64,000 bases of DNA from Octopus vulgaris (Eukaryota), in the NCBI GenBank assembly GCA_951406725.2, contig OX597815.1, positions 89,404,001 through 89,468,000 of the forward strand, written 5' to 3'. The notes below the pieces were generated by a model. The model saw nothing but the letters and a program-made list of their open reading frames with translations. It ran no database searches and was not told where the DNA came from. Shown here one piece after another: positions 14,225 through 28,329 of the stretch (the first letter of the stretch is position 1; each line of letters opens with the position of its first letter). Both the position numbers and the translations under genes were made by a program.

Positions 14225-14612
14225 TCTTTCAGTCATTTGACTGCGGCCATGCTGGAACACCGATATAGTCAAGCAAATCGACCCCAGGACTTATTCTTTG
14301 TTAGCTTAGTACTTATTCTGCCAGTCTCTTTTGCTGAACCGCTAAGTTACAGGGAGTTGGGGGATAAACACTGACACACGAACAAACACACACATGTCTG
14401 CACCACCTGTCTTTCTCTTTAGTTTTTTTTTGTGAATTCTCCCTATATATATATATATATATACACACGACGGGCTTCTTTCAATTTCCGTCTACCAAAT
14501 CCACTCACAAAGCTTTGGTCGGCCCGAGGCTATAGTAGAAGACACTTGCCCTTTGGGCCTCGCAGTCAGACTGAATGTAGTTGATAAGTAAGCTACTTAC
14601 CACACAGCCACT
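14225..14612 (-). mobile_element. tRNA-derived SINE (head 14467-14612, internal microsatellite, tail 14225-14380)
   Basis: Head and tail (TTTCAGTCATTTGACTGCGGCCATGCTG...) both match 34261-34686. Confidence 0.88.
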
Positions 14613-14964
14613 ATATATACACGCACACGTAGAGAATAGCATTAGTAGATACTTTGGTAAGTATTTTCTCTACAAAATGCCATTCTCTCTCTCTCCTTCT
14701 TCCCTTCTTTCCTGAGCGTCCAATGATACTTTATTTGTTCCACGTCCTTGCGTTGTTGTGTTTTTGTTTTGTTTTCTTGTTTGGATTAACTTTATATATT
14801 TATATATATATATATATACAACATACACACTTACAGACATACACACATATCATATGTATGTATCGATAAATACACACAGATATATACGTATGTATGTGCA
14901 CGCGTATGAATGGTTTTTGTTAGAATTTTTAATACGGCCTTCCATACCTTATATAATGTACCTA

Positions 14965-15245
14965 AGGCGGCGAGCTGACTGAAACGTTAGCACGCCGGAC
15001 GAAGTGCTTAGCCGTATATCGTCTGCGGCTACGTTCTGAGTTCAAATTCCGCCGAGGTCAACTTTGCTTTTCATCCTTTCGGGGTCGATTAAATAAGTAA
15101 CAGTTACGCACTGGGATCGATATGATCGACTTAATCCGTTTGTCTGTCCTTGTTTATCCCCTCTGCGTGTAGCCCCTTGTGGGTAGTAAAGAAATAGGTA
15201 GTTCGTCTGTCTTTACGTTCAAATTCCGCCGAGGTTGACTTTCCC
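14965..15245 (+). mobile_element. SINE of the 11079 family with a partial second unit
   Basis: GGCGGCGAGCTG head, full unit, then restart GTTCGTCTGTCTTTACGTTCAAATTCCGCCGAGG at ~15200. Confidence 0.88.
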
Positions 15246-15308
15246 TTTTTATTCGGAATTCTTTTATTTTCAGTCTCTAGTCTTTCTTTCTTTCTCTCTT
15301 TCTTTCTC

Positions 15309-15391
<83 letters not shown>

Positions 15392-15479
15392 ATTGCATTC
15401 CCATATTTGTATGTTTAATATTACAAAAAATACCCCACTCATTATTATTATTTTAATATTCCAAATAAGGCAGCGTTTT

Positions 15480-15546
<67 letters not shown>

Positions 15547-15829
15547 GTCACAAACGCACGTTGATTATATGCTTTGATTTCTTCGGTATTTCTTTTTCTT
15601 TCTTTTAACTTTTGTAGAGAAAATACTTAACAAAGTATCTACTTATGCCATTCTCTGTGTGCTGTATTTGCGTGCATTTTGGTGTTTGAGCTACCTATTA
15701 CTCTCAAACCTAGTATTTTACAAGAGGTTATTACTCTTTTAAATGTCCACATTTTCCTCTCTCCCTCTCTCTCTCTTTCCAAATTTATATATTTGAATAA
15801 CTATTTTGTTTAGAAGTATACTGTCGTGT

Positions 15830-16750
15830 GTTGATTTGACAAATCGATTAGCAGATATTTCTTTTCCAGCTAGCCTTTCACAATAATAAATTGGCGATTT
15901 GTCTTAATCCCATTGGTTTTATGTACTGACATGTCCCAGGCTATGCCGCTTGTCATTCTCTGAGAAGCATTTTATTGTATACGTTTTTATACCATCTATT
16001 TTCTGTGGGTGTTTCATAATCCCAGAATACTTTCAAGTATATGAAATATCCAAATCTGTCATGTCTATACTTTCCTTTGTTTAAGATTGGCCTGTCAGAA
16101 ACAATGTGATTGATTGTGGTTCACAAGCTAAATATATTCAACTGTTAATTTTTGTATTCTTCTTCATTATATGGTTTGTGTAGTTTATAGCGGTAAGGCT
16201 TCGGTATTAGTCGCAATAAAATATCCTTTGCTCTTTTTGAGTCTTGTACTTCAAAATTTTTCTTTATCCACTTATGCTTTGTTCACTCTTGTCAGTTATT
16301 CGGTATGAAGTGTTTTCTTCTTGCCAATGTCTTTACGCTTCATAATCCAGGATTTCTGTTCATTTATATATTTGTATCATGTTTCTGTCATTCTTTTTCT
16401 ATCCTTCTCAAAAAGTGTGCTAGCTTCCATATCGTTATTAAATATTGTGTAGTCCCATAGTAATTTTCTAATTGCCGACTTCAGTTATCTCTCTTTATTC
16501 GAGATAGTTATCATCTCACCGTGTCTGCTATTGAATGGCGCATTCTCAGTACAATCACTAATATATTTTACAACTTCATTCTTCTTTCTAAACCTCCGCG
16601 CTGTTCAATTTCTCTCGCTATAATTCATTGTAATATGACAGTGAATTTGTGTTTATTTCGTGCTCTAGTATTAAATTGTCCAAATGCTAGTCTAGACGAA
16701 AATACATTACCTAAGAGTGTTGTTTTCGCTATTTTACAACAATTAATTAT
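15830..16750 (-). mobile_element. Dong/R4-type LINE relic (Zn knuckle and REL endonuclease)
   Basis: Minus fragments TINHIVSDRPILNKGKYRHDRFG and IAWDMSVHKTNGIKTNRQFIIVK..EKKYLLIDLS. Confidence 0.7.
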
Positions 16751-16811
16751 TTTTAGTAACTGGCACGCGGTAGGCATGTGTTTATTTCAATACACTTATA
16801 TACATACATAT

Positions 16812-16860
<49 letters not shown>

Positions 16861-16937
16861 TATATATATGTATATATACGTATATATATATATATAGATA
16901 TATATATATACACATACATATATATATACATATATAT

Positions 16938-17023
<86 letters not shown>

Positions 17024-17299
17024 GGGGAGAGGGAGAGAAAGAAAGAGAGAGCAATATAAAAATTCTATCAAACGATTCTATTGAAATATCATATGTCCTT
17101 ACTTGAAAAGCATATGTCATTTCAAGTATGCTCACTCGTTAAAAAATAAACTCAATAAATATACGTCAATCATATTAACATTAATGAAATAAATAGTAAA
17201 ATTTTGTAGTTATTTACAAATCTTTGCAACAGTAAGTTTGCAACATTATGGTAATATCTTTTATAGTTTCTTATTTCAAGAATAATGAATTATGAGGAC

Positions 17300-17980
17300 G
17301 AAGCTTTTAATCCCTATGCAAACAGTTAGAACAGGATAATCAGCACTGTTTTTTAAGGATGTGATTCTAGTGCACTGTATTGAATGAGGTAAACTTTCGG
17401 TGTATCTATTCCGAAATTAATGATACATATACAATTTCAGTTAACTTGCTCTATTTTGGCAACCAGGACAAGATCCAAAAGGTATTATGGACCTCGGTTT
17501 ATATATTACGCTGATCAATAATGATTCCGGATCGAAATAAATTGATAAATGCGTATTATACATGCTCTTTTCAACAATCAAGGCAATACGACTAATACCT
17601 AATTTGAAACAACAGAATCATTGCAAAATTATAACAGTAGCACTATACAAATTGGTGTAGTTGAGACGTTTAAACATTGCTTTAAACGGAGCGACTATAT
17701 GAACTATTAGATATTTGAGTAATGTTTACAAACTTTATTCCAAGATACAAACATTGAGAATTGCATAACTACGGAGTATGTTGAGAATATGATTTGAAGC
17801 GCAGTTCTGTTTTCTTAATAATATGGAGTGTGTGTTAACCATTGCATATTTAATTTCTGATGACGGTAAGAAATGATGCTATTCACTGTAGATTTGAAAG
17901 CTGGTGAGGAAAATGACGGATACGTATGTCATAAAGAGCTTACCCCAATGAAAATATCTATTATAAAAGAATAATTATAT
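17300..17980 (-). pseudogene. Possible decayed class-A GPCR fragment (TM2-TM4)
   Basis: Minus frame HIVAPFKAMFKRLNYTNLYSATVIILQ*FCCF places a TGA (ex-TGG?) 23 residues after the ICL2-like Pro; upstream IDIFIGV; weak. Confidence 0.25.
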
Positions 17981-18718
17981 CTATTATAATAGAATGATAT
18001 GTATTATATTATATGACAATGCTAATTTTGAAAGATTAGGATATTTACATCATCATAAAGACCAAGATATTTACAACGTGCGTTACTGTACACAATAACA
18101 ATTAAAATTCAATTTCAAAACGAGCGAACAGATTTATACAATTTTTGCTTGCATATGTGAGATTTATGTGAGATTTTGGGAACAGTGATTGCAAAACTGA
18201 AATTTCACTCCGTGACAAATTTGCGCACCGATTCTTTTTTTTAAAACTCTAGTGTATACCATCATGGTAAAAATGAGTATACACATCATTATTTTGGTTC
18301 TCGTTGATGTATGTTTGGTTATACTACATTTGTTCCACGCGGGAAATCCTCACCACACACAAAGCATATATTGTTGCTCTTTATATATATGTATACGAGC
18401 AGAAGTTGTTGCCTATCTTCATAAGTCGGAGGCGATTTCTGCCACTGAGTATGAAATACATTGAAATACTATCTGGTAATCTACTGATGTAATTTGTGGG
18501 CTTACCATGATGTACTTTTCAAAACAAAATCTATACACAAAAGTTTTTCTTCGATATAAAATCCATTTGTGTATCTACTTTCATCTTTTTCTTTTTTCGT
18601 ATAGAAGTACATTGAAAATGAATGTTCACGCCATTACGTTGGTTCCTGCTATTACATATGCTTACACTAAGTATACCGAAGAATAGATCTTACATCCTAA
18701 CCGGCGGAAGCAAATTAT

Positions 18719-18893
<175 letters not shown>

Positions 18894-19753
18894 TACAGAA
18901 TTACATATTTACTCTCACATATTATGTGGAAAGAATAATAAAGTTTTAAATTCTTGAATTTGTAATGTTTCTTCAAGACCACACTCCATGCACGAGACGA
19001 AATAAATGCAAAATAACGCCAATCGTTCAATAAACATTCATCAGTATTGAAAATTATGTTAATTTAAGATAACTAATTGGAGTGGACATTTTATGAATTT
19101 TACACAGTATCTGTGTGCTTACGAGTTCTAGCATATGTATCAGTAAATTTAACACAATATCTATAATAACCTACTAGTGGTTTCAAGTAGTGTTGTTATA
19201 AATAAAATGATATAATTAGCTTTCAGATAAGTTTATTTAATCTGACAAAACACGTAAATTATATGCACATTTAAAACAATCTATATTGATTCTAGACTTT
19301 ATTCTACGAGCATACTCATATACGTGTACAAATAGAAGTGACATTTGCTCACCTGTACGCACACATGCATTAATCAGAAAATACATAACGTTAGACTAGA
19401 AACGAATATACTTAACTACAGCCCAAACAAAAAACCATACAGATACATAAATATATGCGCAAGCACATACATCTATACAGTCATACATATATGTACATAT
19501 AAACATAGTATACACATTATATATATATATATTTATATATACACATAAAACACTCGACAAACATAAGCATTTGGATATGGGCAAATATATGTGTTGGCAT
19601 ACCAGAGTTCCATTTTACGAGTGAGCTGTAGATACACTTCAAAATTTAAACACTGATTTACAATAATTACGAAAAGAGAAGTTTTTGTTTAACAAGTTAT
19701 AAGAGAAAACCACACTGAATGAAGTTATGTATACCGTAATATATGTGTGTAAA

Positions 19754-19836
<83 letters not shown>

Positions 19837-19914
19837 ACGCACGTATAGGGTAAAATATAAAAAAAATCCTTTGGTAATGAACTACTATGAGATTACATCG
19901 AGAAAGTTACCCTC

Positions 19915-20180
19915 CGAGTCTAAGTAAGGTTGTTTATGGATGGTCAGCAGTCACCTATGCATACGAGCTTCCCCTCTACACTGATGTTATTGAAGGGAAA
20001 AGCAAAGAACGATACAACTCGTACTAGTGACATCGCAACTCATTTCTACAGCTGATTGAACAGCAGCAACATGAAATAAAGTGTCTTGCTCAAGAACACA
20101 ACACACAGTTCGATCCGGGAATCGAACTCACTACCTCATGAGTGTGAGCTTGACGTTCTAACAAGTTTGCCATGCGCCTT
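19915..20180 (-). mobile_element. tRNA-derived SINE (third family)
   Basis: Minus strand GGCGCATGGC head, GAGTTCGATTCCCGG B-box-like, then TGTGTTCTTGAGCAAGACACTTTATTTCA body. Confidence 0.7.
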
Positions 20181-20184
20181 CGCC

Positions 20185-21125
20185 AACCCTATCAAATCCC
20201 TAATCGGTAGAACCTACTCTTTTAGTAGAACCACTTGTACTGATAGGAAGTGGATTTTATGTAGATTTAGCCCACAGACAAGCTGTAAAGCTAGGAATGT
20301 AGTCTATAGTATAAGATGTACAGAGGGACGGTGCAGTAACAAGACAAGGACATACGTAGGGGAGACAGCACGGAGAATAGAAGAGCGGGTAAATGAGCGT
20401 TGGAGGGAACCTAAGAAAGAGAAGAGCTCATCGGTTCTGTACCAGCAAGCCGAGCAGGAACACGGGGGCTCACTCAACAATATAGAATTTAAAATCTTGT
20501 CCACACATAGAACAGACGCAACGTTTAGACAAATTACGGAAGCTACACACATAATAGAAGATAAACCTAGCCTGAATAGGAAACTAGAATGGACACTAGC
20601 ACCCCTCCCCCCCCCAACATACCACAACCTCTGACAGAATGGGACCCTCATAAACGGATAATAATATGAATATAATACAATACACAGATAAAGAAATGGA
20701 ATTAAAAAAACTATATACATTAACAAAATAAATCAAATTAAATTAATACAAAAATAGAAAGAAAAGAAGAAGTAAGTACATATAAACAAATGAATAAAAA
20801 AATAAAAGTAAATTAAATGAACGTGTATAAACAGGGGATACGGATAATGCAGGCACATCCCCACCCACATACACTTGCTAAACTTAGATATATGTTTAGG
20901 GATATACGCATGCGTAAATAAAGTCACATCAATAGGAATACAAAATGGCAGACTATTGGTAAGGAGAGACACACAAAACAGAAAGAAGAAAGCAAAGGAC
21001 CACTGATAAGGTCGCAGAAATGTGACAAAAGAAATACAATTAATATAAAATAAAGCTGAAGCAAGTGAACACTAAATATATAGTGCGTGTGTTTTTATTA
21101 GCTAAGCTGACAAACATGACCATCT
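20185..21125 (+). mobile_element. Penelope-like element 3' end: GIY-YIG endonuclease plus 3' repeat
   Basis: ORF 20086-20634 has SCKARNVVYSIRC..C..TYVGETARRIEERVNE...RQITEATHIIEDKPSLN; partial hammerhead-like CUGAUAA-G-GUCGCA-GAAA-UGUGAC at 21003-21026. Confidence 0.85.
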
Positions 21126-21133
21126 CCAAATAC

Positions 21134-21325
21134 AACGTTAGCACGCCGGGTAAATGCTTAACGGTATTTCGTCTGTCTTTACGTTCTGAGTTCTAATTCC
21201 GCCGAGGCACATTTTGCCTTCCATCCTTTAGTGGTCGATAAATTAAGTGCCAGTAGTGTATTGGGGTCGATGTAATGACTGCCCCACCCCCAAATTTCGG
21301 GCCTTGTCCCTAGAGCAGAAAAGAA
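21134..21325 (+). mobile_element. SINE of the 11079 family, single unit
   Basis: AACGTTAGCACGCCGGG...GAGTTCTAATTCCGCCGAGG...GTCGATAAATTAAGT. Confidence 0.85.
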
Positions 21326-23464
21326 TATATATGAGTGTGTGAGTATGTGTGTGTGTGTATGTTACTATGTGTTTTTGTACGTATGCATGTATGTGTGCGT
21401 GGTTTGTGTATGTGTGTGTGTGTGTGTGTGTGAATATGTCGTACGGACGAGGATTTGTATCATTGGGTGTTAATTCTTACTGCGTAATTATTGTTATATA
21501 GAATGTCCAAAAGGGAACATACATTTATTTCTTGATTATGTTGTGAAACTTTAAGAAAACTATGGATTTCTCTGCACAAGGTGACACATACGTATACTCA
21601 CATATGTGTACAAATATATGTATACGTGTGTTTGTGTTCGAATGTAAATTTATGTTGAGATCTCTCTGTTTATCTATCTGTCTGTCTGTCTATCTATCTC
21701 TCTATCTATGTAGCTATCTAACTATATGTATATATACATACATACACATTTGCATTCCTACATGTACATAATTTTTCAAGGAACTTTCATCGGCAGCATG
21801 GCGCGATATTAAATACAAAATTTTATCTATTACTCTTTCGAATGTCCTCACATGCATTCAGTTACATCCACTTAATTTTTCCCTATTCATACTTCTATTT
21901 TTTAATGTTACTATATCTTTATATATGTTGCTTCTCTCTCTGTACCATTGTTATTCTTTTTTTTTCTCTGCATCTCACTGTGTAAGTATACATTAGAATG
22001 TGTCGAATTCGTTCTGAGTCTGGTAAGATTCTTAAATTCCAACTTTCTAAAATAATCTGGTAAGATAAGCGTTGACTCGAATAAATACATAGCGCGTACG
22101 AAAAATAAATAGGCAAATGATCGACAAACAATTAGTGGTGCCAGAAATTCGTTTATAGTAATTATTAAATATCTATGCTCAAGTTATAAAAGGAAGATAG
22201 CAAATAGTCACAGCTGTTTGAAAGATTCTCTCACTGGCGAATGTTATTGTGTTTGGAAACACGGGAGTAGTACACAAAGTTTCTGAACTATAGAGGAGAT
22301 TTCGGCGGATTCAGCATGGTAAATTTCAATTTTGTTATGCATCCCAATATCTATACTGTTACATATTTTACTTAATGGCTTCAGCAACAGCAAATGCATT
22401 TAAATACATACATATTCAACATATATAAGTCTGTCTGTATTTCGGACAAATTCAAAACTGTTTATATATTTCAGTTCGGTCTAGCTTATCTTTATTCCAA
22501 GAAAAATATATATGATATATGCTTGACTATCATCTTTGCTCATATACAAGTGAATGATCGTTGCGTTCTCGTCAAGTTGGGGAATGGTGACAGTTAACAA
22601 CACTATAGAAATGACAGGTTTAGTGTTTCAGTGAAGTGTTTCACCACCATCGATGTATATTTCAATCGAAATTAAATCTGCACCTGCTGCTTTAATGACG
22701 AAAATTGGACTTATAAACTCAGTGCTATAAAGAGGACGACGGAATTATCAAGATACAATCTGCCCAGGTAGATACAATCTGCCCAACAGAATGCTTATTT
22801 ATGTTGGCTGACCTGTTCAAGACTATTCCTGCTCAGTCAATCTTACATGGAATGCTTATTTGTGTTTCGTAATTTGTGTTTCTTAATTTTCCATCTGCTA
22901 CGTAGCTAGGTAATATCCTCATGTAAAAGTCACATTAATATATATAAATTAAGGAAATAAAAAAACATCTCATTAGGCTTCTATTCATATCTACTACGGA
23001 ATTATCCCTCCGACAAAATAATAAATATAGATTATGATTAATTAATCTAAACAATAAGTTGCTTATACTAATTAATTTATATAAATAAGAGAGTTGTATT
23101 GAAGATGTAATTGTTTATATATTTTTTGCTGCAGTCATACGTAGGAGAAGACTTAGATACTTAATTATATACATTTATAAATACACATATATCTTACTCT
23201 TGTATGTTATGGTGACAAGCGACTATCATGGACATGGAAGGGTTTCAATTGGTACGTGTTTGAGTTGTAATGAAATAAATTTCGATGGTTGTGGATTGCA
23301 CTTACTTGATTGTATCATCTGTTAAAGTGATTTTGTTGTTTTTTTAATGGTAATTGATGTATGATTCAATAGTTAACGTTCACGCTCGTAATACCAAGAC
23401 ATTTGAATTACTTTTTACAACCCAGGCGTCCTTTTGCACGGAATTACGTCTTTTTCTAGACAAT

Positions 23465-23546
23465 GACCCATAAGTGACTTTATATATAGGTAACTGTGGT
23501 TACAAATATCAGAAAAAATCTATATAAGTCGAAACAATTTGTTGTC
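23465..23546 (+). ncRNA. Degenerate hammerhead-like motif
   Basis: GAC-CCAUAAG-U-GACUUUAUAUAUAG..CUAUAUAAGUC-GAAA-CAAUUUG-UU-GUC; stems I and II pair but the core is decayed. Confidence 0.3.
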
Positions 23547-23885
23547 CTCTTATAGTTTTTATAATTATTTGTTATATAATATTATGTTATGCTATATTCA
23601 TAGTATTTAATGTAATATTGAAATATAAATAAATTTTTGGATTGTCAATATTATATCTATATTTAATTTATCTTATAATTGAATTATACCAATATTTTTA
23701 TGGTATCCAACTGACATAGCAGTGAACTGGATGTTTAACACACTCCTTTGAAGGAATTATTCCTCAATTTGTTACTACACACACACACACACACATATAT
23801 GTGTGTGTTTATATACATATATATATGTAGATACATACATACATATACATATAGACACACACATATATATATACATACACACACA

Positions 23886-23948
<63 letters not shown>

Positions 23949-24225
23949 TAACCATGAGCATACATATGCAAGTATATTATCCTCATAAATTATATTTAAA
24001 GACAAGGAAAGGATAAACCTGAGTTTATAAAGAATCAAAATTTAAAGAAAACAAAATGGAGAAATATTGATGAAAGACAACTGACTTACATCAATTATTT
24101 GAATTAAAAAACAATATTTGATGTAAGTCAATAGTTGTTCAACAATATTTCTCCATTTTCTGTTTTCTTTATTTACATGCATACAAAAATACAAATACTC
24201 ACACACAAGCACACACACACACATG

Positions 24226-24295
<70 letters not shown>

Positions 24296-24296
<1 letters not shown>

Positions 24297-24708
24297 CCCA
24301 AAATTAGGGAATGGAGTAGATAAATCCAGGCCACATATATGCCATAACTAGCGAACCTCGGAAATAATAAAAGAGAAGTAGACCGAAAGCTACTCTTCAG
24401 GCCAAGGATACCTTAATTATATGAAGTTTTCATTGTCATTAGGAGATACTGTGTTAACGTGCTGGGGATTCGAACGAAATGCATTTCAAAGTGTATTCAA
24501 TCGAAAGGCATTTCCATCGAATCCCCAGCCAGCTAAAACGGGATCGACTAACAACAATGTAAGCTTCATTTAATTAAGGTGTACTTGGCCTGCAGTCTTG
24601 CTTGCGGTCTACCCCTCGTCTGGATAATTTCCTGCTCGCGAGGTTCCGCTACCTATGAAACATGTGTAGCCTGGATTTAATATATTTCATTCTCTAGTTT
24701 TTGGATGT
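24296..24708. mobile_element. ~410-bp imperfect fold-back element; each arm carries a hammerhead-like motif
   Basis: Arms pair throughout (GCTGGGGATTCG/CGAATCCCCAGC, CAGGCCAAG/CTTGGCCTG, TAAATCCAGG/CCTGGATTTA); centre ~24495; arm consensus GGC-CUGAAGA-GUAGC..GCUAC-CUAU-GAAA-C-AUGU-G-UA-GCC. Confidence 0.8.
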
Positions 24709-25032
24709 TTATTCGCATATAAAACAACCCCTGTTGCTAACCACGAACTATAAAATTAACTTTCTTCAACTTGTATTTCTATACGGGAAACAATTCACAA
24801 CCTCCTGCGCCAATAAACCACTATTGTTCCTGAAAGTTGTATGTTATGTTTTCTAGAGATCGCTTAAAGTCTCTAAATTCCTACACTTTAATCCTTGGCT
24901 CTTATCTCCACACACACACACACGCACAAATTTATGTATATATATATTTACATATAAATATATATATACATATACATATACATACACACACACATATATA
25001 TATATATATGTGTATGTGTGTGTGTGTATATA

Positions 25033-25095
<63 letters not shown>

Positions 25096-27059
25096 GCGCA
25101 TATAATTGAGGAGTTACAGTATAGCTGGAATCCCTTGTGCATTTAGCCTGTCCATGTGCATATTTGCATTCTTGTGTGCTTATCTATATATTTAAATGTT
25201 TCCGTGAATAAGGATCGATTCCTTTCAACTTGTATTTAAGGAAATATGACTGTGTTCTAAGTTTTACATTTTCTAAAATATTTTTAAATTAATTCTTTAT
25301 GACGTCATTGCATTTTGCTGGGACGAATACATTTCTAAAAAACATGAAACCTTACAAGTATTCCAAATTTCCAAGATAAAGTGCATATTTGATTGCATGT
25401 AGGAACAATGGCAAAACCTGTATTTTTCTTCTTTATTACACCATCCTGTAAATATTCTAACAAAAATTATTTCACAAATCAGTAAATAATTATTCTGTTG
25501 TGTCGTATTAGTTTGTTTATAGAAGCTATACATGTATGTTTAAATCTGTCACATATTTTGCTATGAAAATAGTTTTCATGACACATATCTAGAAATTTGT
25601 GGACATATCTAGAAATGACACGTATCTAGAAATTTATATATTGTTTATAATAAATTTAGGAGGCTGTTACCTGATGTTTTTCTATCAAGTTATGCTGTGT
25701 GATATGAATTATACAATCAGCTTGTTGAGGAATAACCAGCCAGCAAGACATTGTACATATCCAGTGTAACAATTATGGTTATGAGGTTAACTGTTTCATG
25801 TTTTCAAATAATATCGTAAATTACATTGGTAATATGAAGTTTATTCTCCGGTTTCAAGGCTTGAAAGCTTACCATTTCTTCATGTTCCTGTAATAACATA
25901 TTATTAATACTAGTTTACAGTAGGGGTGTAATGTATATTGTATTCTGTTTAATGGATTTGGGCATAACATAAGATGTGCTTCTGCAATACATAATATACT
26001 TTATATGTGGTTTCTTTGGTTTTCAGTATGATTTGTATCTGATGTACTTATATTTTTAAAAGTCTTATACCTTTATTACAATATCTATGACGAAATAGCG
26101 TTTCATTTATCGAATGAATTTATATTAAAGGCTACATTGTGCAAATAAATTTAAAGACACTTCTAAGAATATATTTCATCACTGGAATTTATATCAATAT
26201 GGGAATTCACTATCTCAGTAAATTTATTAACATTTTCCCGTACGCTTATTATATGTAACGTTACATATTTCTATATTTATACATTAATGTAGGTCTATGA
26301 TTAGTTGCAGTTTGTTCCAAAGCTATTTTGGCTATAAAATTATACAGTAGATTTATTTTTCAAGTCCTGTTTTAGGTTTTCATTTACTTCCTATGAGACT
26401 GCCAAAACTTATTTTAGTGTGGATATTTGACCGAATACAATTTCATACTCTTTCTCTCGCTCTCCCTCTCCTTGTGTATGTGTTCTTTTTCTTTTTGTCT
26501 CTATCGCTCACTGTATACACACAAGATCTTACGCATATATGCATGCGTACGTAGACACACACGTTCGCGTGTGGACACACACACATACACACAATACCAC
26601 AATTCCGGAATTAGTAGGTATTGCTATTGATATAGGTTATTCTATTTGTAGGATAGAAATCGATTTGCAAAGGAGTGCTAAGACAAAATAAATTTGTAAT
26701 TAATATGATATATTTTCTTTGACGGGAAGCATTTAAAACACTGACACATTTTTAGAAATAAGTGCATATGGCAATATCGATGCTATAACAAATATGTCAA
26801 AAAACGTTGAATTACTTTACGCATCATAGAAATCTACACAGCTAGTACTAATTTGTAAGCTAAGAAAAATTTCTCTTATGAAGAAAAAAATTTACCTACC
26901 TCGGATAAGCTACACAGCATTATTCCTTTTTTTAAAAAGCATTTTGCATGTACTTTTTCATAGTTTTTGCAGCAATGCGCAATATTTTGTTATTAGAAAT
27001 TGTGGCCTGAGACATTTTCAGCGCCATTGGTCTCCTGCAAATTTATCCGATAGACAAAC

Positions 27060-27250
27060 GCGGTGAGTTGGCGAGATTCGTTAGAGGGTCAGACAAAATG
27101 CCAAATCTTTGCGTTATCATTTCAAATATCGCTGAGGTCAAATTTGCAATTTATGCTTCTGGTGCAATAAAATAGTGTACCAGTAATAACAAGGTCGATG
27201 ATTTCATCTAATACACCCACCTTGTAATTGTTGGCCTTGTGCCAAAATTA
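27060..27250 (+). mobile_element. Degenerate SINE of the 11079 family
   Basis: GCGGTGAGTTGGCGAGATTCGTTAG...TTCAAATATCGCTGAGGTCAA...GTACCAGT...GGCCTTGTGCC. Confidence 0.6.
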
Positions 27251-28081
27251 TAGGTAAACTATTACACGAAAGATAAATAAATTATGCAGAAATACAACAG
27301 CATTCACATTAGTGTTTTGTTAACATTATTTAAATATTATTTTATTGGCTAAACTGGCAACATGACCATTCCTGAATACAACAACAGTTTTGTTAACTGT
27401 TTTTGTGCTATAGGAAACCGGGTATCTATCGATCGACAGCCTATGTCTTATAAGGTTTTGGATATTCAGTTCTTGTATTCATCTCTCTAGACAGTCTATC
27501 GTTCTCTAGGTTCCTGTAGCTACTCGCCCCCACCCTTATTCTCTCTCTCTCTCTCTCTCTTCGTCTATCTCTCATTCTTTATCTATCTATACATATATAT
27601 GCATATATATATATATACACGTATATATATACATACATATACACACTCACGCACACACGCATACACAAAGATTCCTATACGCGATATGGTTCGCGTGCAT
27701 GCATTTGTGTCGGAGCGGGTATGTTTCATATGTGTGCGTGTGGGAATGAGTAGCTTTCCTTTGCTATAATTTAATCTTTTGTCTGCCTTCGTCAATTACG
27801 AATTTAGAAGTAGTAAAATTCAATCTAATACGCGTTTGATGGAATCGCCTAAAGATTCAGATGTATTTCTTCATATTTGTCATATTTTCTTTCTCTGGTT
27901 ATATATTGCTTCGTTTCTTTATATCTTTATATTAAGACATTATTATGTTTCATGAAACAATCAGTTTATCTTACCTATTCTACGTTTATTACTTCTTTAC
28001 ATCCTTTCGATTGCTATCGCATCCTTTATACAGAAATCTTTTCTATACATTTTAAATACTTTTTATATTACAACCTATTCA

Positions 28082-28116
<35 letters not shown>

Positions 28117-28329
28117 GGTGTGTATCTAATATATGTATATATATATATACACGCATATACATACATATATGTTTATAAATCTAATATATATATTTGTGTG
28201 TGTATTGTATATATATATATATATATATATATACATTGTTTTATTCTTTTATTTGTTTCAGCCATGCGGTTGCGGTCATTCTGGGGTACAACCGTGGTTT
28301 TGCACCGTTACTAATCATTATTCTTCGGC

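Noticed and set aside
25580-25635. Triple GACA(C/T)-TATCTAGAAAT-like repeat; also a 19-bp tandem duplication near 22751-22790
   Set aside because: Ordinary local slippage duplications.
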